Shown here: positions 14,349 to 27,810 of the stretch, piece after piece
How the letters are laid out: each line of letters starts with the position of its first letter
How positions within the stretch are numbered: position 1 is the stretch's first letter
Assembly: GCA_964016885.1 (NCBI GenBank)
Contig: OZ024743.1
Coordinates: 308,078,001-308,142,000 of the forward strand
DNA: 64,000 nt
Source of the DNA: Eledone cirrhosa
Taxonomy: Eukaryota
Direction: 5' to 3'
Translations under genes and position numbers: made by a program
Notes under the pieces: model-generated
Databases searched by the model: none
Told to the model about the DNA's origin: nothing
The model's input: the letters and a program-made list of their open reading frames with translations, nothing else

Positions 14349-14884
14349 TACTAAACTGGCAACCCCACCAAGGTTTCTTGGTGAGGGGGTGACTTTGGAC
14401 ATCCTGCAGGACTAAAAACAAAACCTGTCAAAGGGCAAAGGAGCTCTTAAGAGTCAATGGCCATCCAAAATCACCGGGAGAGATGACCTCTTAGCCTTTG
14501 TCAAGGCAGAATTCTAGGAGAAGGAAAACTCTGATATAGCACCTGCAACCCTGATGGTATCCAATGATGTTGACTTGTTCTTCTTTTTGGTAAATATCAT
14601 CTTGGTTAAGAGAGTGGGACTGGCTTTGTGCAGTGCCTTTGCTCACTATAAAAGCTTCACGGCACAGGCATTGCTTTATATCTGGAGATCTCTCTGCACA
14701 TGTCGCCACATGGTACCATGGGCCCAGCACTATGTGTCAATAATTGTCACAAGTGTAGTGTTTGTACCAGAGTTTTCAAGTCGCTGGCTTGACTAAAAAG
14801 TCACACTCGTTCAGAGCATCAATAGGGGTTCTCCTACATGGATATAAAGTAGTGGCCGTACTCGAAAACGAGTTGGCAGCCACC

Positions 14885-14885
<1 letters not shown>
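14349..14885. mobile_element. Unclassified ~540 bp dispersed repeat, copy 1
   Basis: Highly similar to 27841-28376; both end at gttggcagccacc next to (TA)n. Confidence 0.85.
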
Positions 14886-14937
<52 letters not shown>

Positions 14938-15780
14938 CGGCGATGAATTAGTTTTGCGAGGTTTTTTATATGAAATTGTGTGTCGAAACAAGTATTATTA
15001 TACTTGTTATAACAAAACACTATACACACACGCAAACGCATGCGCAGAGAAGACAAACAAAAAAAAAAAAAAATAAATAAATAAATAAACAGACTAAATA
15101 AAGATGGCGTAGGCATACAATGCAACGGGAGGAAACATAATAGCACCACTGACGATGTTGCAGGTGTGCAACGAAAGAACTTTGTTATACTATATATATG
15201 TGTTTGTGTCTATATTGTATCTGTATTTTTGACCGTTGGTCAGTCAATGGTAACATTGAGGACCGAATAAATTAAATTAACCGATATAAAAGATACAGAA
15301 GCGAAAACCAACCAAACAGTGAGTGTGTTCTGTTATTATGGCAATATTATTATACAAATATGACCCCCACCCCTATATATATTGAAGTTTCCGTTGAAAA
15401 TTGAAAAAGTCATAGGAGTGAAGAGTGCTCTATGTAAGTACCAGAGCTAAATTTAATGTATAATAAACAATACTATATAATATCTTACAATTTCTTTTTC
15501 AACATATATTATATACGTATTTGTGGTCACACATACACTGATATGCTTGCCCTCATATATGTACTTACGCACACATTTTTTCACTATACACATGCATTTG
15601 TACATACACACATATGTACATTTGTGAGTGAATATACACACATTTATACACATAACCTAACTATATTTCCTTATTTTATTTTTATATATCTCTTGCATTA
15701 CTTTTATTTATATATTTTTTTGCCCGTTAAACTTTTGCCTTTCTTGAGGAGATTTTTCAAATATTTGACTATGTTTTAAA

Positions 15781-15854
15781 TTGCCTTGTCCGACGAACGA
15801 ATGAGGACGTTTCTTGTATTCGTCTTATACGGGAAACCTCTGGTAATGAGGTAA
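15781..15854 (+). ncRNA. Hammerhead-like motif with variant core CCGACGA
   Basis: Stem I ttgccttgt/atgaggtaa (with G-U pairs), stem II acgaat...attcgt, GAAA-cc-tct-gg-TA. Confidence 0.55.
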
Positions 15855-15898
15855 TTATATTGTATTGTTTATTATACATTATATATATATATACATTA

Positions 15899-15993
<95 letters not shown>

Positions 15994-16311
15994 GTGTCTT
16001 AAAAATAAAGTTCACCAGTTCTTACATAGAGAGCCAAACGAAGGTGACGTCATACATTCATTTCTGTAGAATGTCTCGTACCTGCTGACTACAACCACCC
16101 ACAAAATATGTTTTGAACAAGAATAATTGATAACTCAATACAAATACATATATAGAACACCATTCATTACTGCACTTGTATACAACAAATCGTTGGGTCA
16201 TATAAGCATTGTACATACACACGTTTGTGTATGCGAGAGTAAATATATGTCTATTACACTATCCACGTATGTCTTTTAACCGTCTTTGTACTACTATATG
16301 TGTGTGTGTGT

Positions 16312-16359
<48 letters not shown>

Positions 16360-16505
16360 ATGTATGTATGTATATATGTATGTATATATGTATGTATATA
16401 TATATGTATATATATATGTATGTATATATATATGTATGTATATATATATATATATGTGTGTGTGTGTATATATGTATATATATGCATATATATATACATA
16501 AACAG

Positions 16506-16532
<27 letters not shown>

Positions 16533-16536
<4 letters not shown>

Positions 16537-18955
16537 GTCGTCCTCCTCCTCCGTTCTTCCACGCTGACCATGCCTTGGTCATACGGGGACTGATTCTGAC
16601 TTGATCTCTACAGCTGGATGCCCTTCCTAACACCAACCTCATATACAGTGAGTGCTGGGTTCTTTTTTCCGTGGCGCCTACATGTCCACTTTACAGTGTG
16701 CTCTGGGTGTTTTTTTGCCGTGGCACCTCCACGACCACTTTTCAGTGGGAGGGGGTGGGGGCATATTGGCTATATGCTTCAGCTTCGACTTGTACCTGTG
16801 GGGGGTAGGGTCTTCTGTATTACTGCATGACGCTAGAGGTCACGGTCGTGTGTCATCGCCTTTGAGAGGTGTAATTGGGTAAGGTCGGCTTTTATCACCT
16901 CATCCCAGGTCTTCTTGGGTCTCCCTACTCCGCGGCTTCCATCGACTTCTAGTGCTCTGCACCTTTTTATGCAGCTGTCATCCTTCATACGCATCACATG
17001 TCCATACCAACGCAACCTGCTCTCCTGCACGCGGCATTTGATTCCTCTTATGCTCAGTCTCTCTCTCTCAATTCGTTTATGATTTGCCGTTCGCGTATAT
17101 TACTATTACACATCCATCGGAGCATGCAGGCTTCGTTTCTCTCTAATCTACGCAAGTCTTGTACAGACAGCGCCCAGGTCTCACTATCATGTAACATTGC
17201 TGTTCGTATACACGCATCATACAGTCTGCTCTTCATTTTGAGGGGAAAGTCTTTTGCAGCTAGCAGTGGCGGTAGCTCCCTGAACTTCTTCCATTCCATT
17301 CTTACCCTAGTTATTGTACTTTCCGAACACCCACCTCCGCTGCTAATTCGGTCACCTAGGTAGCAGAAGCTGTCTACTGTTTCTACAGAGCCCTCCCAGA
17401 GTTTGGTGGTGCTTATTTCCTGTGGCTGTTTGCTGCTTGCTGTCCCAGCGCAGCTGCTACATATGAAGCCTATATTCTTAGTTAAGCTTCCTGAGATCCC
17501 ACTACATCTCTTGTGTACCCATTGTTTGCATTTGGGGCAGAGGATGGAGTTCCTACCTACACCTTTCCTACATACTGAGCAAGGCCATTTCCCCGAGGGG
17601 ATCTGGGTTTTGTTTCTCGTCTATTTACAAGGACCTTAGTCTTTGTCAGGTTGACTTTGAGACCCCTTCTTTCTAGTCCCTGTTTCCAAGTTTGGAATTT
17701 ATTCGCTAGTTCTACCATAGATTCAGCTATAAGTGCGAGGTCATCTGCATACAGGAGTTCCCATGGGCATCCGGTCTTAAACTCCTCCGTTATTGCCTGC
17801 AAAACTATGATGATCAGGAGAGGACTAAGAACAGAGCCCTGGTGGACACCGACCTGTATGCTAAATTCCTCGCTATAGTCATTGCTAATCCTAACTTTGG
17901 TGACTGCTACCCTATACATAGCTTGTACAGCTTTCACAAGCCATTCATCACTCCTAGTTTTCTAAGAGCCTACCAAATTATAGCACGGGGAACACAGAAT
18001 TCCCCGTGCTATAATCCGTGCTTTCACCAGATTGACGAATGCCAGGTAGAGCGGCTTACTTTTAGCTAGGTACTTTTCCTGTAACTGCCTCACAAGGAAG
18101 AGGGCATCAGTGGTGCATTTTTCTGGCACAAACCCAAATTGCATCTCATCTAGTTTCACCCGGTCCCTAATCAACTGTGCTATAACTCTTTCTGTTACTT
18201 TCATGACCTGGTCCATCAGCTTTATACCTCTAAAGTTTCCTCTATCTAGTGCATCACCTTTACCCTTGTAGCAGTTGACAATGATGCTGCTGCACCAATC
18301 CTTTGGTATGACACCTTTTATTATTACCTAGTTAACAATACGTGTGGTTATGGTGTGACCTACAGACCCAGATGCCTTCAGCATCTCGGCAGCTATACCC
18401 GATGGACCGGTTGCCTTCCCCGTCTTCCTATATTTTATTGCTTTACTTACTACGCTGCTGCTGACTTGTACTGCTGGTCCCTCTATAGGGTCTACTTGGG
18501 GTAGGGTCTCTTCTTCCCATGCATTCTCCTCATTTAGTAATCTTTCATAATGGCTCTTCCACGCATCTTTCTTCTCAGCACTTGTGAGGGCAAGCTCACT
18601 TTTATCATTCCGGATACACTTCTCTCCAATGACATCACAATTCTCTCTGACACACTGCCTCGCAATCTTGAACACTTCCTGTTTCTGGTCCTCACGTTGC
18701 AAGACATGCTTGAATTTTCTATCCTCTGCTTCCCTCCTAGCTAAGTATACTTGTCGCCTAGCTTCCCTCCTGGTCTCTATGTAACGTACCCTGCTTCCCC
18801 CGTTCTTCCATTCTTTCCATGCCTGTCTCTTAGCCTTAACTGCCTCATCTACCTTATTGTTCCACCACCAAGTCACTCTCGTACTGCTTGTGGTCTTACT
18901 CCAGCCACAGATCTCATCCGTCGCCTTTAGTAAGTTATTTTTTAGGAACTCCCAA
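16533..18955 (-). mobile_element. 5'-truncated RTE-clade LINE, frameshifted RT pseudogene
   Basis: Fragments QFGFVPEKCTTDALF, GVHQGSVLSPLL, LLYADDLAL, RLRWYGHVMRM, GRPKKTWDEV; 3' UTR ends at a microsatellite. Confidence 0.93.
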
Positions 18956-18959
18956 GAAT

Positions 18960-19240
18960 AAAGACCCCATATTGCAATAGACTGGTGTTCAAATCACCCC
19001 AGATTTTTAATAAGCCGCCAAAACATCTAAGAGATCTACATGGTCTGCATGTAGAAGTTTTCTAGAGACATCTTGACATTCTACAGACAATGATCCCTGG
19101 TGAACGCATAGCACCTAGCGAAGCACAAATAATGGCGACAGCAACAAAGTCCCTTTTGCATCAGTGGCCAGTCAGGGAAAACTGGCTGTAGAAAGTGTAG
19201 CATCAATGGCGGTGCCTCAGCATGACCTAAGCCTATCAGC
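18960..19240 (+). mobile_element. Probable CR1-like LINE 3' fragment
   Basis: Degenerate translation IFNKPPKHLRDLHGLHVEVF*RHLDILQTMIP resembles CR1-type ORF2 C-termini (recalled similarity only). Confidence 0.4.
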
Positions 19241-19495
19241 TGGAACACGTAATAGAGTAATAGTGGAAAGTAAAACTCGAACGCGACACCTAGCGGTTTC
19301 AGCTTGTATTCGGTTAGCCTTGAAAAATACACCCTCACCGAATACAAGCCGAAGCCATTTGGCATCGCGCTCGGAATTTTACTTTCTTCTATACCAACTT
19401 TACTTATTCCCATGCAAAGAGTACTCCCCTGATTTGTGGTCTCCCCGATATATATAAACAACATTTGTTTTCCCTCTAACATTCACTCACGAATG

Positions 19496-19557
<62 letters not shown>

Positions 19558-19564
19558 ACGAAGG

Positions 19565-19760
19565 AGTTGTGGTAAGGAACCAGATGGACCATAACGCACC
19601 AGGGTACTCAATATTTTGGGTAGTAGAGTGGGTAATAGGAGAAAGTATGACCCCGACGGCAGAGCCCAAGCCATTTCGACGGCTATTTCTGGACTATTTA
19701 GTCCAGAAATAGCCGTCGAAACGGGTTGGGCTCTGCCGTCGGGGTCATACTTTCTCCTAT
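19565..19760. repeat. TA-flanked fold-back element (family also at ~31152, 43498, 62345)
   Basis: ~60 bp near-perfect inverted arms 19635-19694 / 19700-19760; shared motif accag.tggaccataacgcaccag.gtactc.ata.tt..ggtagtagagt. Confidence 0.85.
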
Positions 19761-19842
19761 ATATAGATATATACATAAATATATATATAGATATATACAT
19801 AAATATATATCTATATATATATACATAAATATATATATATAC

Positions 19843-19897
<55 letters not shown>

Positions 19898-19996
19898 AAT
19901 ATATATATATACATAAATATATATATACATAAATATATATATATATACATATATACATAAATATATATATATACATAAATATATATATATATATAC

Positions 19997-20063
<67 letters not shown>

Positions 20064-20200
20064 AATATATATATATATATACATAAATATATATATATAT
20101 ATACATAAATATATATATATATATACATATAAATACATAAATATATATATATATATACATAAATATATATATATATATATATATGTATATACATAAATAT

Positions 20201-20233
<33 letters not shown>

Positions 20234-20242
20234 CATAAATAT

Positions 20243-20275
<33 letters not shown>

Positions 20276-20344
20276 CATAAATATGTATATATATATATAT
20301 ACATAAATATATATATATATATATATATGTATATACATAAATAT

Positions 20345-20377
<33 letters not shown>

Positions 20378-20418
20378 CATAAATATGTATATATATATAT
20401 ACATATATATACACATAC

Positions 20419-20516
<98 letters not shown>

Positions 20517-20900
20517 GCACACACATACATATATTTGTGCGCATGTGTGTTATTGATGCTCTTGTAGACGCTTGGGCTAAGCTGATAAGAGAATTTAAAT
20601 TTGATTTCTAAAAAAAAATTAATTGTTTTGTAAAGCAAATGGACTTTGTCAGACTAGCACGGTTCCATTACAGCGAGTGTCTGATTACTGAAGTAAATGG
20701 GTTGACAATATCTTACTCCAGGACGCTGAGTGGTACCACATTACATACTTATGCAGTTCAACGACACCAACAGCAGCCCACACCTTGTAATGGTTACTTT
20801 CCTAGATTGTCTTTCTATGCAACATAACATAGCAAATGATATGAACGATTCAAGAACACAGTATAGTATCATTATGTGTGTGTGTATGAACACACACACA

Positions 20901-20982
<82 letters not shown>

Positions 20983-21104
20983 GGGATGGGGGTGGAACTG
21001 TGGGGTATGACACCCGCTCCGCCCCAATAATTATATTTTTCTCCCCAAACAGCCAAAACATACATCCATTTGAATATGCGCTACGATTTATGTTATGTAG
21101 AGAT

Positions 21105-21770
21105 ATATGGGAGAGATAGATACAGATATAGAGAGGGGTAGAGTTTTGTGGTAATTGATATAGAGAGGAAAGTTGGGAGAGTGTGTTGTATATTAGATAT
21201 AGAAGGGGGGAGAGATTGATGTTTATTGATATACAGAGGGGGATTGTAAAAAGTTCCATGTAGTAGATATAAAGAGGTGGAGAGTTTGGTGTTAATTGAT
21301 ATAGAGAGGAGTGTTGGGAGAGAGTTTTTTTATGGTTGATGTAGAGATGGGGAGAGTTTGGTGGTAATGAATAGAGTAAGAGGATAGATAGATATATGTA
21401 TTGATAGATATAGAGAGAGGGGGAATTTGGTAGTGATGGATATAATGAGAGGAAATGAGAGAGAGTGTTGTATGGTTGATACATAGAGGGGGATAGTTTG
21501 GTGGTAATTGAGATAGTGAGAGAGATTGGAAGAGAGATTGTCGGGTAGTAGATATAAAGAGATGTAGATTCCAATGCCAGTAGATATAATGATGGAGTTG
21601 GGAGAGATAAATATTGCTAAATATAGAGAGGGGGATTGGGAGAGACAGTATCGTAAAATATTAAGAGGAGTAAGGTTGTGATGAATAGAGAGAGAACGAT
21701 TACGAGAGAGTGTGGTAGAGATGGTGAGGGGGAGAGTTGGTGATATAAAGAGGCGGATTGGGAGAGTGTT
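21105..21770. repeat. Degenerate purine-rich tandem repeat
   Basis: Recurrent gatatagagagg...gagtttggtggtaattga...gttgggagag blocks. Confidence 0.75.
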
Positions 21771-22699
21771 TTATTGTTCTCCCCAAACTACTAAAGCAAC
21801 ATCTATTTGGATATACGCTACAATTGATGTACATGTTATGTTTATCGCCGAAGTTTTCTGACCATATTAGAGTAGAAAGTGATAAACTAATCACTACAAC
21901 TAAATTGACCAAATTTGGCACCCCCAATTCAGAAATGGAATGACGAGTATTCCTGTTGATACGATCAACAAAACAGCCTGCTCATGAAATTAACGTGTAA
22001 GTGGCTGAGCATTGCACAAACACACGTACCCTTTACGTAGTTCTCAGGGAGATTCAGCGTGACACAGAATGTGGCAAGGTTAGCCCTTCGAACTCACGAC
22101 CTTACAATCGTGAGCCGAATACCATAACCACAAAGCCATGCGCCTTCGTTGTAACAGACATATGGAAATTTGTTTGGAAACATGTAGCAACTGCATGGAA
22201 ACATTTAGCAATTGTATGGAAACGTGTAGCCGCTGTATGGAAAAGAATCAATTGTATGAAAAGACTTCTTGCTGATATAATTCTTCTTAACTCTTAATAT
22301 GCTGTCATGATTTAGTATAAATACCAAATATATTAAAACAGGTTTATCAATTCAAATGTTTATATTTTTTTTTATTATAAACATTTTCTGTATGAGAATA
22401 AAGACTTCAATCTTTCTCAGATCTGCAAAGACTGGGTTTTTTAGAGGCGGCCTTTATTTGTCTCATCGTAGCTACATCATTGGGTTCTAAGGGTTTTCTT
22501 GGGAGCTAACAGTGTCACCCATTGCTTCATCTTCCCTTGTAGTTTACTGCCGTTCGTTCAGGGTTGCTTATTCGTCCGGCAGGAGCCCGCTTATATAGCA
22601 ACTGACTACTATATCTGGTAGCCGTATCGCTATCCACCACCTGCAACCCGTTCTCTAGCAGAACAGCTCTGCCAAGAAGTACCAAATTGGTGACTGGAT

Positions 22700-24760
22700 G
22701 AATTAGTCCACCAGAACACTGCAATACACTTGGAAACAGTAAAGTCATGCATACCGCATCATTCTTCGCACGGGATAAGAGGGCAGGTGTTCAGTCCTTA
22801 GATACAGGGTACTGTTGAAAAATATATTGCAGTATCCATCCAATCCTGCAACAACTGACGATGGGCACGCAACCTGTCCTGGGAGGCATGGGATGGAAGC
22901 ACAAAAGTTACGTATCCTGATACCCCAGAGAGGGTTCGGAAGGGAGCAAACCTTGACAATTGGTAACTGGAACGTTACAACCCTTACAGGCAAGGAGCAG
23001 TAACTAGTTGAGCTCCCGGCAGTCAGAATGTGTTATGGATGGATCTCATTGCGAAGGAGGATTTGCTTCTTGAAGCTTATGCTGAAAGAAAGGTCTCTGT
23101 GGGTGGTGAAAGTTTATGTGCCAAACGGAGAGTCCGAATACAGATCCTTCCTTGAGGAAATCACTGCAGCGTAATATATAGTCTCATATATCGTAATATG
23201 AGACTTCAATGCATATCATGGCAATGACTACCTGACATTGGAAGGAACGGCGAACCTGATCTAAATACAAATGGTGAGGCTTTATTATACATCTGCTCTA
23301 GTAATGGGCTTTCTTTTATGAACACATTCTTCCAACACAAAGACATCCATAAATACATATGGTATAAGAGGAATCGTGGAGGTAGATCAATAATTGATTT
23401 TGTTATTGTCACTGATCGCTTCGATTCTCTACAGCAGAGACAGTAAAGGTGTCCAAAGTTAAGTCATGGGTGGACATTGAAGTTATGCTAGAATCCGACT
23501 TCAGATCAGCAAATAAAGTATTCTGGCAGACCACTCACTGACTTCGTAATATGAAATCCCCCGCGCCCGCTATCAAGAGCGCGTTTGGGGTTATGCTCTT
23601 TTCAGTGATGTGCATCCCCACGAGGTGGTGAGGATACTTTGTTGATCTCCTAAGCCCGGTCACAACAGTATCTTCTGATCTACACGAGGTGTATCTGGGA
23701 GCGATGACTAACCTCTCTGGGGCTGAAGTCACAAAAGCAATTAAAGAGCTGAAATATGTCCTTATTGAGCCTCCGATAAGGTCTATGATAAATGCCTGGT
23801 AAAACGATGTAGGGAGATTGTAGAGTGCAGAGTCCAAGCTAGCTGACAAACAGTGTGGTTTTCGCCCGGACGCAGCACAGCCGACCAAATATTCACACTA
23901 CGGCAGGTCTTTTGAGAAATCGTGCGTGTATTTCCAAGATGTGTATGCTTGTTTCATAGACCTCGAAATGGCACATGACCGCATTCTACGGGACCTCTTG
24001 TGGAAGGTTCTGCGAGTCTGTAGGATTGATTGACAATTTCTTATTGCCCCGAGGCCTCTGTACGAATGCCAAAGGATTTGTATTCGGATAAAGGGTGCCA
24101 AATTGAAACCTTTCAATGTGGATGTCGGACTCCGCCGAGAATGCGTACTATCACCCTGCCTATTTATCATCTTCATGGACAAGGTTGACATTCGCAACCA
24201 GGTTGGAAGTGGTATCGAGACTGGCGGATGTAAAATCTGTCGGTTGGAATTTGTGTACGACATGGTACTACTTAACTCGTCAGAAGAGGATCTCCGACAT
24301 GCACTTGATAGGTTTGCTGCCGAGTGTTGCACGCCAGGAAGGAAAATCAAAGATGCGAAGACTGAAATACTCGTCCTCTCAAGGAAGCCTGTGCAGTGCA
24401 CTCTACATGTGAATGGAATTCCACTGCAACCGGGTTCACGAGTAATAGAAGGCATGAAGCTGGATTAAGTGCAAGAACTGCAGGAACTGGTGCAGGAATG
24501 CGCCAGCTTCAGCATTCGGTCATCAGAAGAAGGGAGGTAGGTGTAAAAGCCAAATTTGTTGTGCCAACTCTTACCTATGTTCATGAATCTTGGGTAATGA
24601 CCGAAAGAATACGATCGGGAATACAAGCGTCCTAAGTGGGGTTCCTCTGATGGGCTTTGGAATAACGTTACTCGATAGAATACATAGCTCGGAGATCATA
24701 GACACGCTCCAGGTAGAGCAGCTACTTCACCAAATTGAGAAATCCCAGCTCCGATATTAC
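22700..24760 (+). mobile_element. Degraded RTE LINE with APE endonuclease and RT remnants
   Basis: LTIGNWNVTTLTGKEQ (APE start), SIIDFVIV, QCGFRP, VGLRRECVLSPCLFIIFMD, VVPTLTYVHESW; many stops and deletions. Confidence 0.88.
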
Positions 24761-24769
24761 TTACTTGTA

Positions 24770-25680
24770 CTTGTGTCGACATTCACCCTGGACGGGTTGA
24801 GCCGGCTTCTTCCCTTGTCCTGACGGCATCCCGAACCACGGCAGCCCACGCGCGACGATCCCGGGCTAGGTCACTAGAGATAGCGAGCCAGTCACGGTTC
24901 CCTCGGCGCAGGCCGACCACCTGCGGACCTGAGAGTTCGGAGAGGTCCTCCTTGATCATCGTTGCCCAGGTCTTCAGCTGCCCGCCAACGCGCTTGCGCA
25001 AGTTATGGAGGTGGGAGGAGAACATCGCGGATCAGCTCACCCTCAGGGCGCCGGGCCGCGTGACCAAACCATCTCAAGCGCCGTTGCAGAAGCACTGAAG
25101 GAAGGGGTCGACGATTCAGGCGAAGACGGAGACTAACGGTAGGTACCCGATCAACGCGTCGGCAGCGAAGAATGCGGCGGAGACAGTCATTGTCGCAGAC
25201 CTACAGCCCCCGTTGATCGACTACCCTCATAGGCCATGTTTCACAGCCATAGAGGAGGATAGTGCCAACAACGGCCTGGTAGATTCGCCCTTTGGTAGCC
25301 GAGGTGATCTCTCTTCTGTCCCACAGACACAGGTGGAGGCGCTCAAAGGCGGATCTGTTAGCACCTATACGACGTTTGACCTCGGCTGCACAGTGTCCCG
25401 TTGGAACCACTGTTGAGCCCAGGTAAACGAAGGACTCCACATCCTCCCGGTCCACGCCCTCGAGAGATATTGGCTGCCAAGCATCAGGCGAGACCAGTGA
25501 CGTCATGACTTTCGACTTGGCGGCATTGATTCGTAGACCAACAGCGGCGGCTGCAGTGTGCACCCATTCGAGAGCACCTTGTACATCTGTCCCGTTAGCA
25601 CCCATCAGCACGATGTCATCCGCGTAGGCCAGGACCGTCACCACAACCCCTCTCTCGACCTCTACGCCCGGGTAATATGG
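24770..25680 (-). mobile_element. GC-rich RTE LINE 3' fragment
   Basis: LAYADDIVL, ESFVYLGS, TILLYGCETW, GGQLKTWATMIKEDL, ARDRRAWAAVV. Confidence 0.9.
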
Positions 25681-26468
25681 TTAGAATGTCTTAGGAAAGA
25701 ATCGATGGACAGATTTTACGGCCAAAACCAGTCGAGCTTGGATCTGACTAATTGGAGAAGAAGAAGAAGAAGAAGAAGAAGACTTGAAATTTTTAATCTT
25801 ATCTAGTCATAGTGTCCTTTTTTTAAAAACGTCTTTGTAGTGCGGTTCCATGTGAGTTAATGGGTTAAGAGATAAAACACTGTTTTTAATATTTAAGACG
25901 AGCCTAGTTGATTTTTAACAGGATCCTCAAAGATGTAACAAGTGTATGGCAAGATTTCAGAATACTTTACTAATTTCTAAAGCATTTAAGTTACCGGATG
26001 TTGATCATTATGTTTCATTGATCCGACGATATAGTTTCTTCTTTGTCGTTATTTGCTGTCGGGTATGGCGTGTACCATTACAAGTATGATCATGATGATA
26101 TATACCCTATTTTTTATCGACTTTGAATGGATGAAAGTTAAAGCTGACCTCGGCAGGATTTGAACTCAGAGAGCTGGAACGAATACCACAAAACATTCTA
26201 TCTGAGGTTCTAACGACTCTGACAATTCACCGCCTTCACATATATATATGTGCTAGGTGGCAATATATTTTGCCGTTCCTGGGACTTTTGTCCTAGGTAA
26301 GGAAAATGCTCTCTGATGATCCGAACATTTCCATTGGAAGTCCCTAGGATTTCCAATCTTTTGTAAGGTGAAACCGTTGGTTAAAGCAAATGGAATAGGT
26401 AAATATTTAAATTATTTTTTTTGTTTATTTTAAAAAATTGTTTGAATCTTACTTGCTCCGCTTATCTC

Positions 26469-26520
<52 letters not shown>

Positions 26521-26527
<7 letters not shown>

Positions 26528-27697
26528 TAGCGAAGCAAGCGGTTATTAAACAATTTTCTAAATAAATTAAAAAATGATTAAATAATCACCTGTTCCGACG
26601 GTTTCATCATTCCGAAATGAATCTTCAGACAGCCCTATTTCAACGCCATAAGGTATCAAGCCTTATAGCAAGTAAATATTATGCTCACTGCCCAACGCAT
26701 GCGGTCAAGCCGTTAAAATGACACACGCATAATCAGGTCGGTGATAAAAGCTGGATATTATAAACATGTCGAATTGCCACTAAAATTAGCAGCATTATTC
26801 AACGTTTTGTTCTCTACATAAGGAGAATAATTATAGAAGTGGATGGATACTTCAACAGGTACAATGTACCTGTAGAAATATTCAAGTTGTTTATAATACA
26901 TGTGGTTCAATGGCACTAATTCGAGATACCAGAACAATATAAAAGTAGCGAAGCAAGCGGTTATTAAACAATTTTCTAAATAAATTAAAAAATGATTAAA
27001 TAATCACCTGTTCAGACGCTGTTACCGACGGTTTCATCATTCCGAAAGATTGAAAATCCAACGATTATTTAATCATTTTTTAATTTATTTAGAAAATTGT
27101 TTAATAACCGCTTGCTTCGCTACTTTTATATTGTTCTGGTATCTCGAATTAGTGCCATTAAACCACATGTATTATAAACAACTTGAATATTTCTACAGGT
27201 ACATTGTACCTGTTGAAGTATCCATCCACTTCTATAATTATTCTCCTTGTGTAGAGAACAAAACGTTGAATAATGCTGCTAATTTTAGTGGCAATTCGAC
27301 ATGTTTATAATATCCAGCTTTTATCACCGACCTGATTATGCGTGTGTGTCATTTTAACGGCTTGACCGCATGCGTTGGGCAGGGAGCATAATATTTACTT
27401 GCTATAAGGCTTGATACCTTATGGTGTGGAAATAGGGCTGTCTGAAGATTCATTTCTTTCCATTGGAAATTCATTTGATTTTCAATCTTTCGGAATGATG
27501 AAACCGTCGGTAACAGCGTCTGAACAGGTGATTATTTAATCATTTTTTAATTTATTTAGAAAATTGTTTAATAACCGCTTGCTTCGCTACTTTTATATTG
27601 TTCTGGTACTCGAATTAGTGCCATTGAACCACATGTATTATAAACAACTTGAATATTTCTACAGGTACATTGTACCTGTTGAAGTATCCATCCACTT

Positions 27698-27703
<6 letters not shown>
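26521..27703. mobile_element. Non-coding ~467 bp HHR-bearing unit in tandem plus inverted arrangement (pLTR/retrozyme-like)
   Basis: About 1.3 units in minus orientation to ~27058, then about 1.4 units plus (attatttaatc at 27064 and 27531); (TA)n on both sides. Confidence 0.85.
27437..27517 (+). ncRNA. Type I hammerhead ribozyme with extended stem II
   Basis: gctgt-CTGAAGA-t-tcatttc...ggaatga-t-GAAA-cc-gtc-gg-TA-acagc. Confidence 0.75.
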
Positions 27704-27779
<76 letters not shown>

Positions 27780-27810
27780 TGTATGTATGTATGTATGTAT
27801 GTATGTATGT

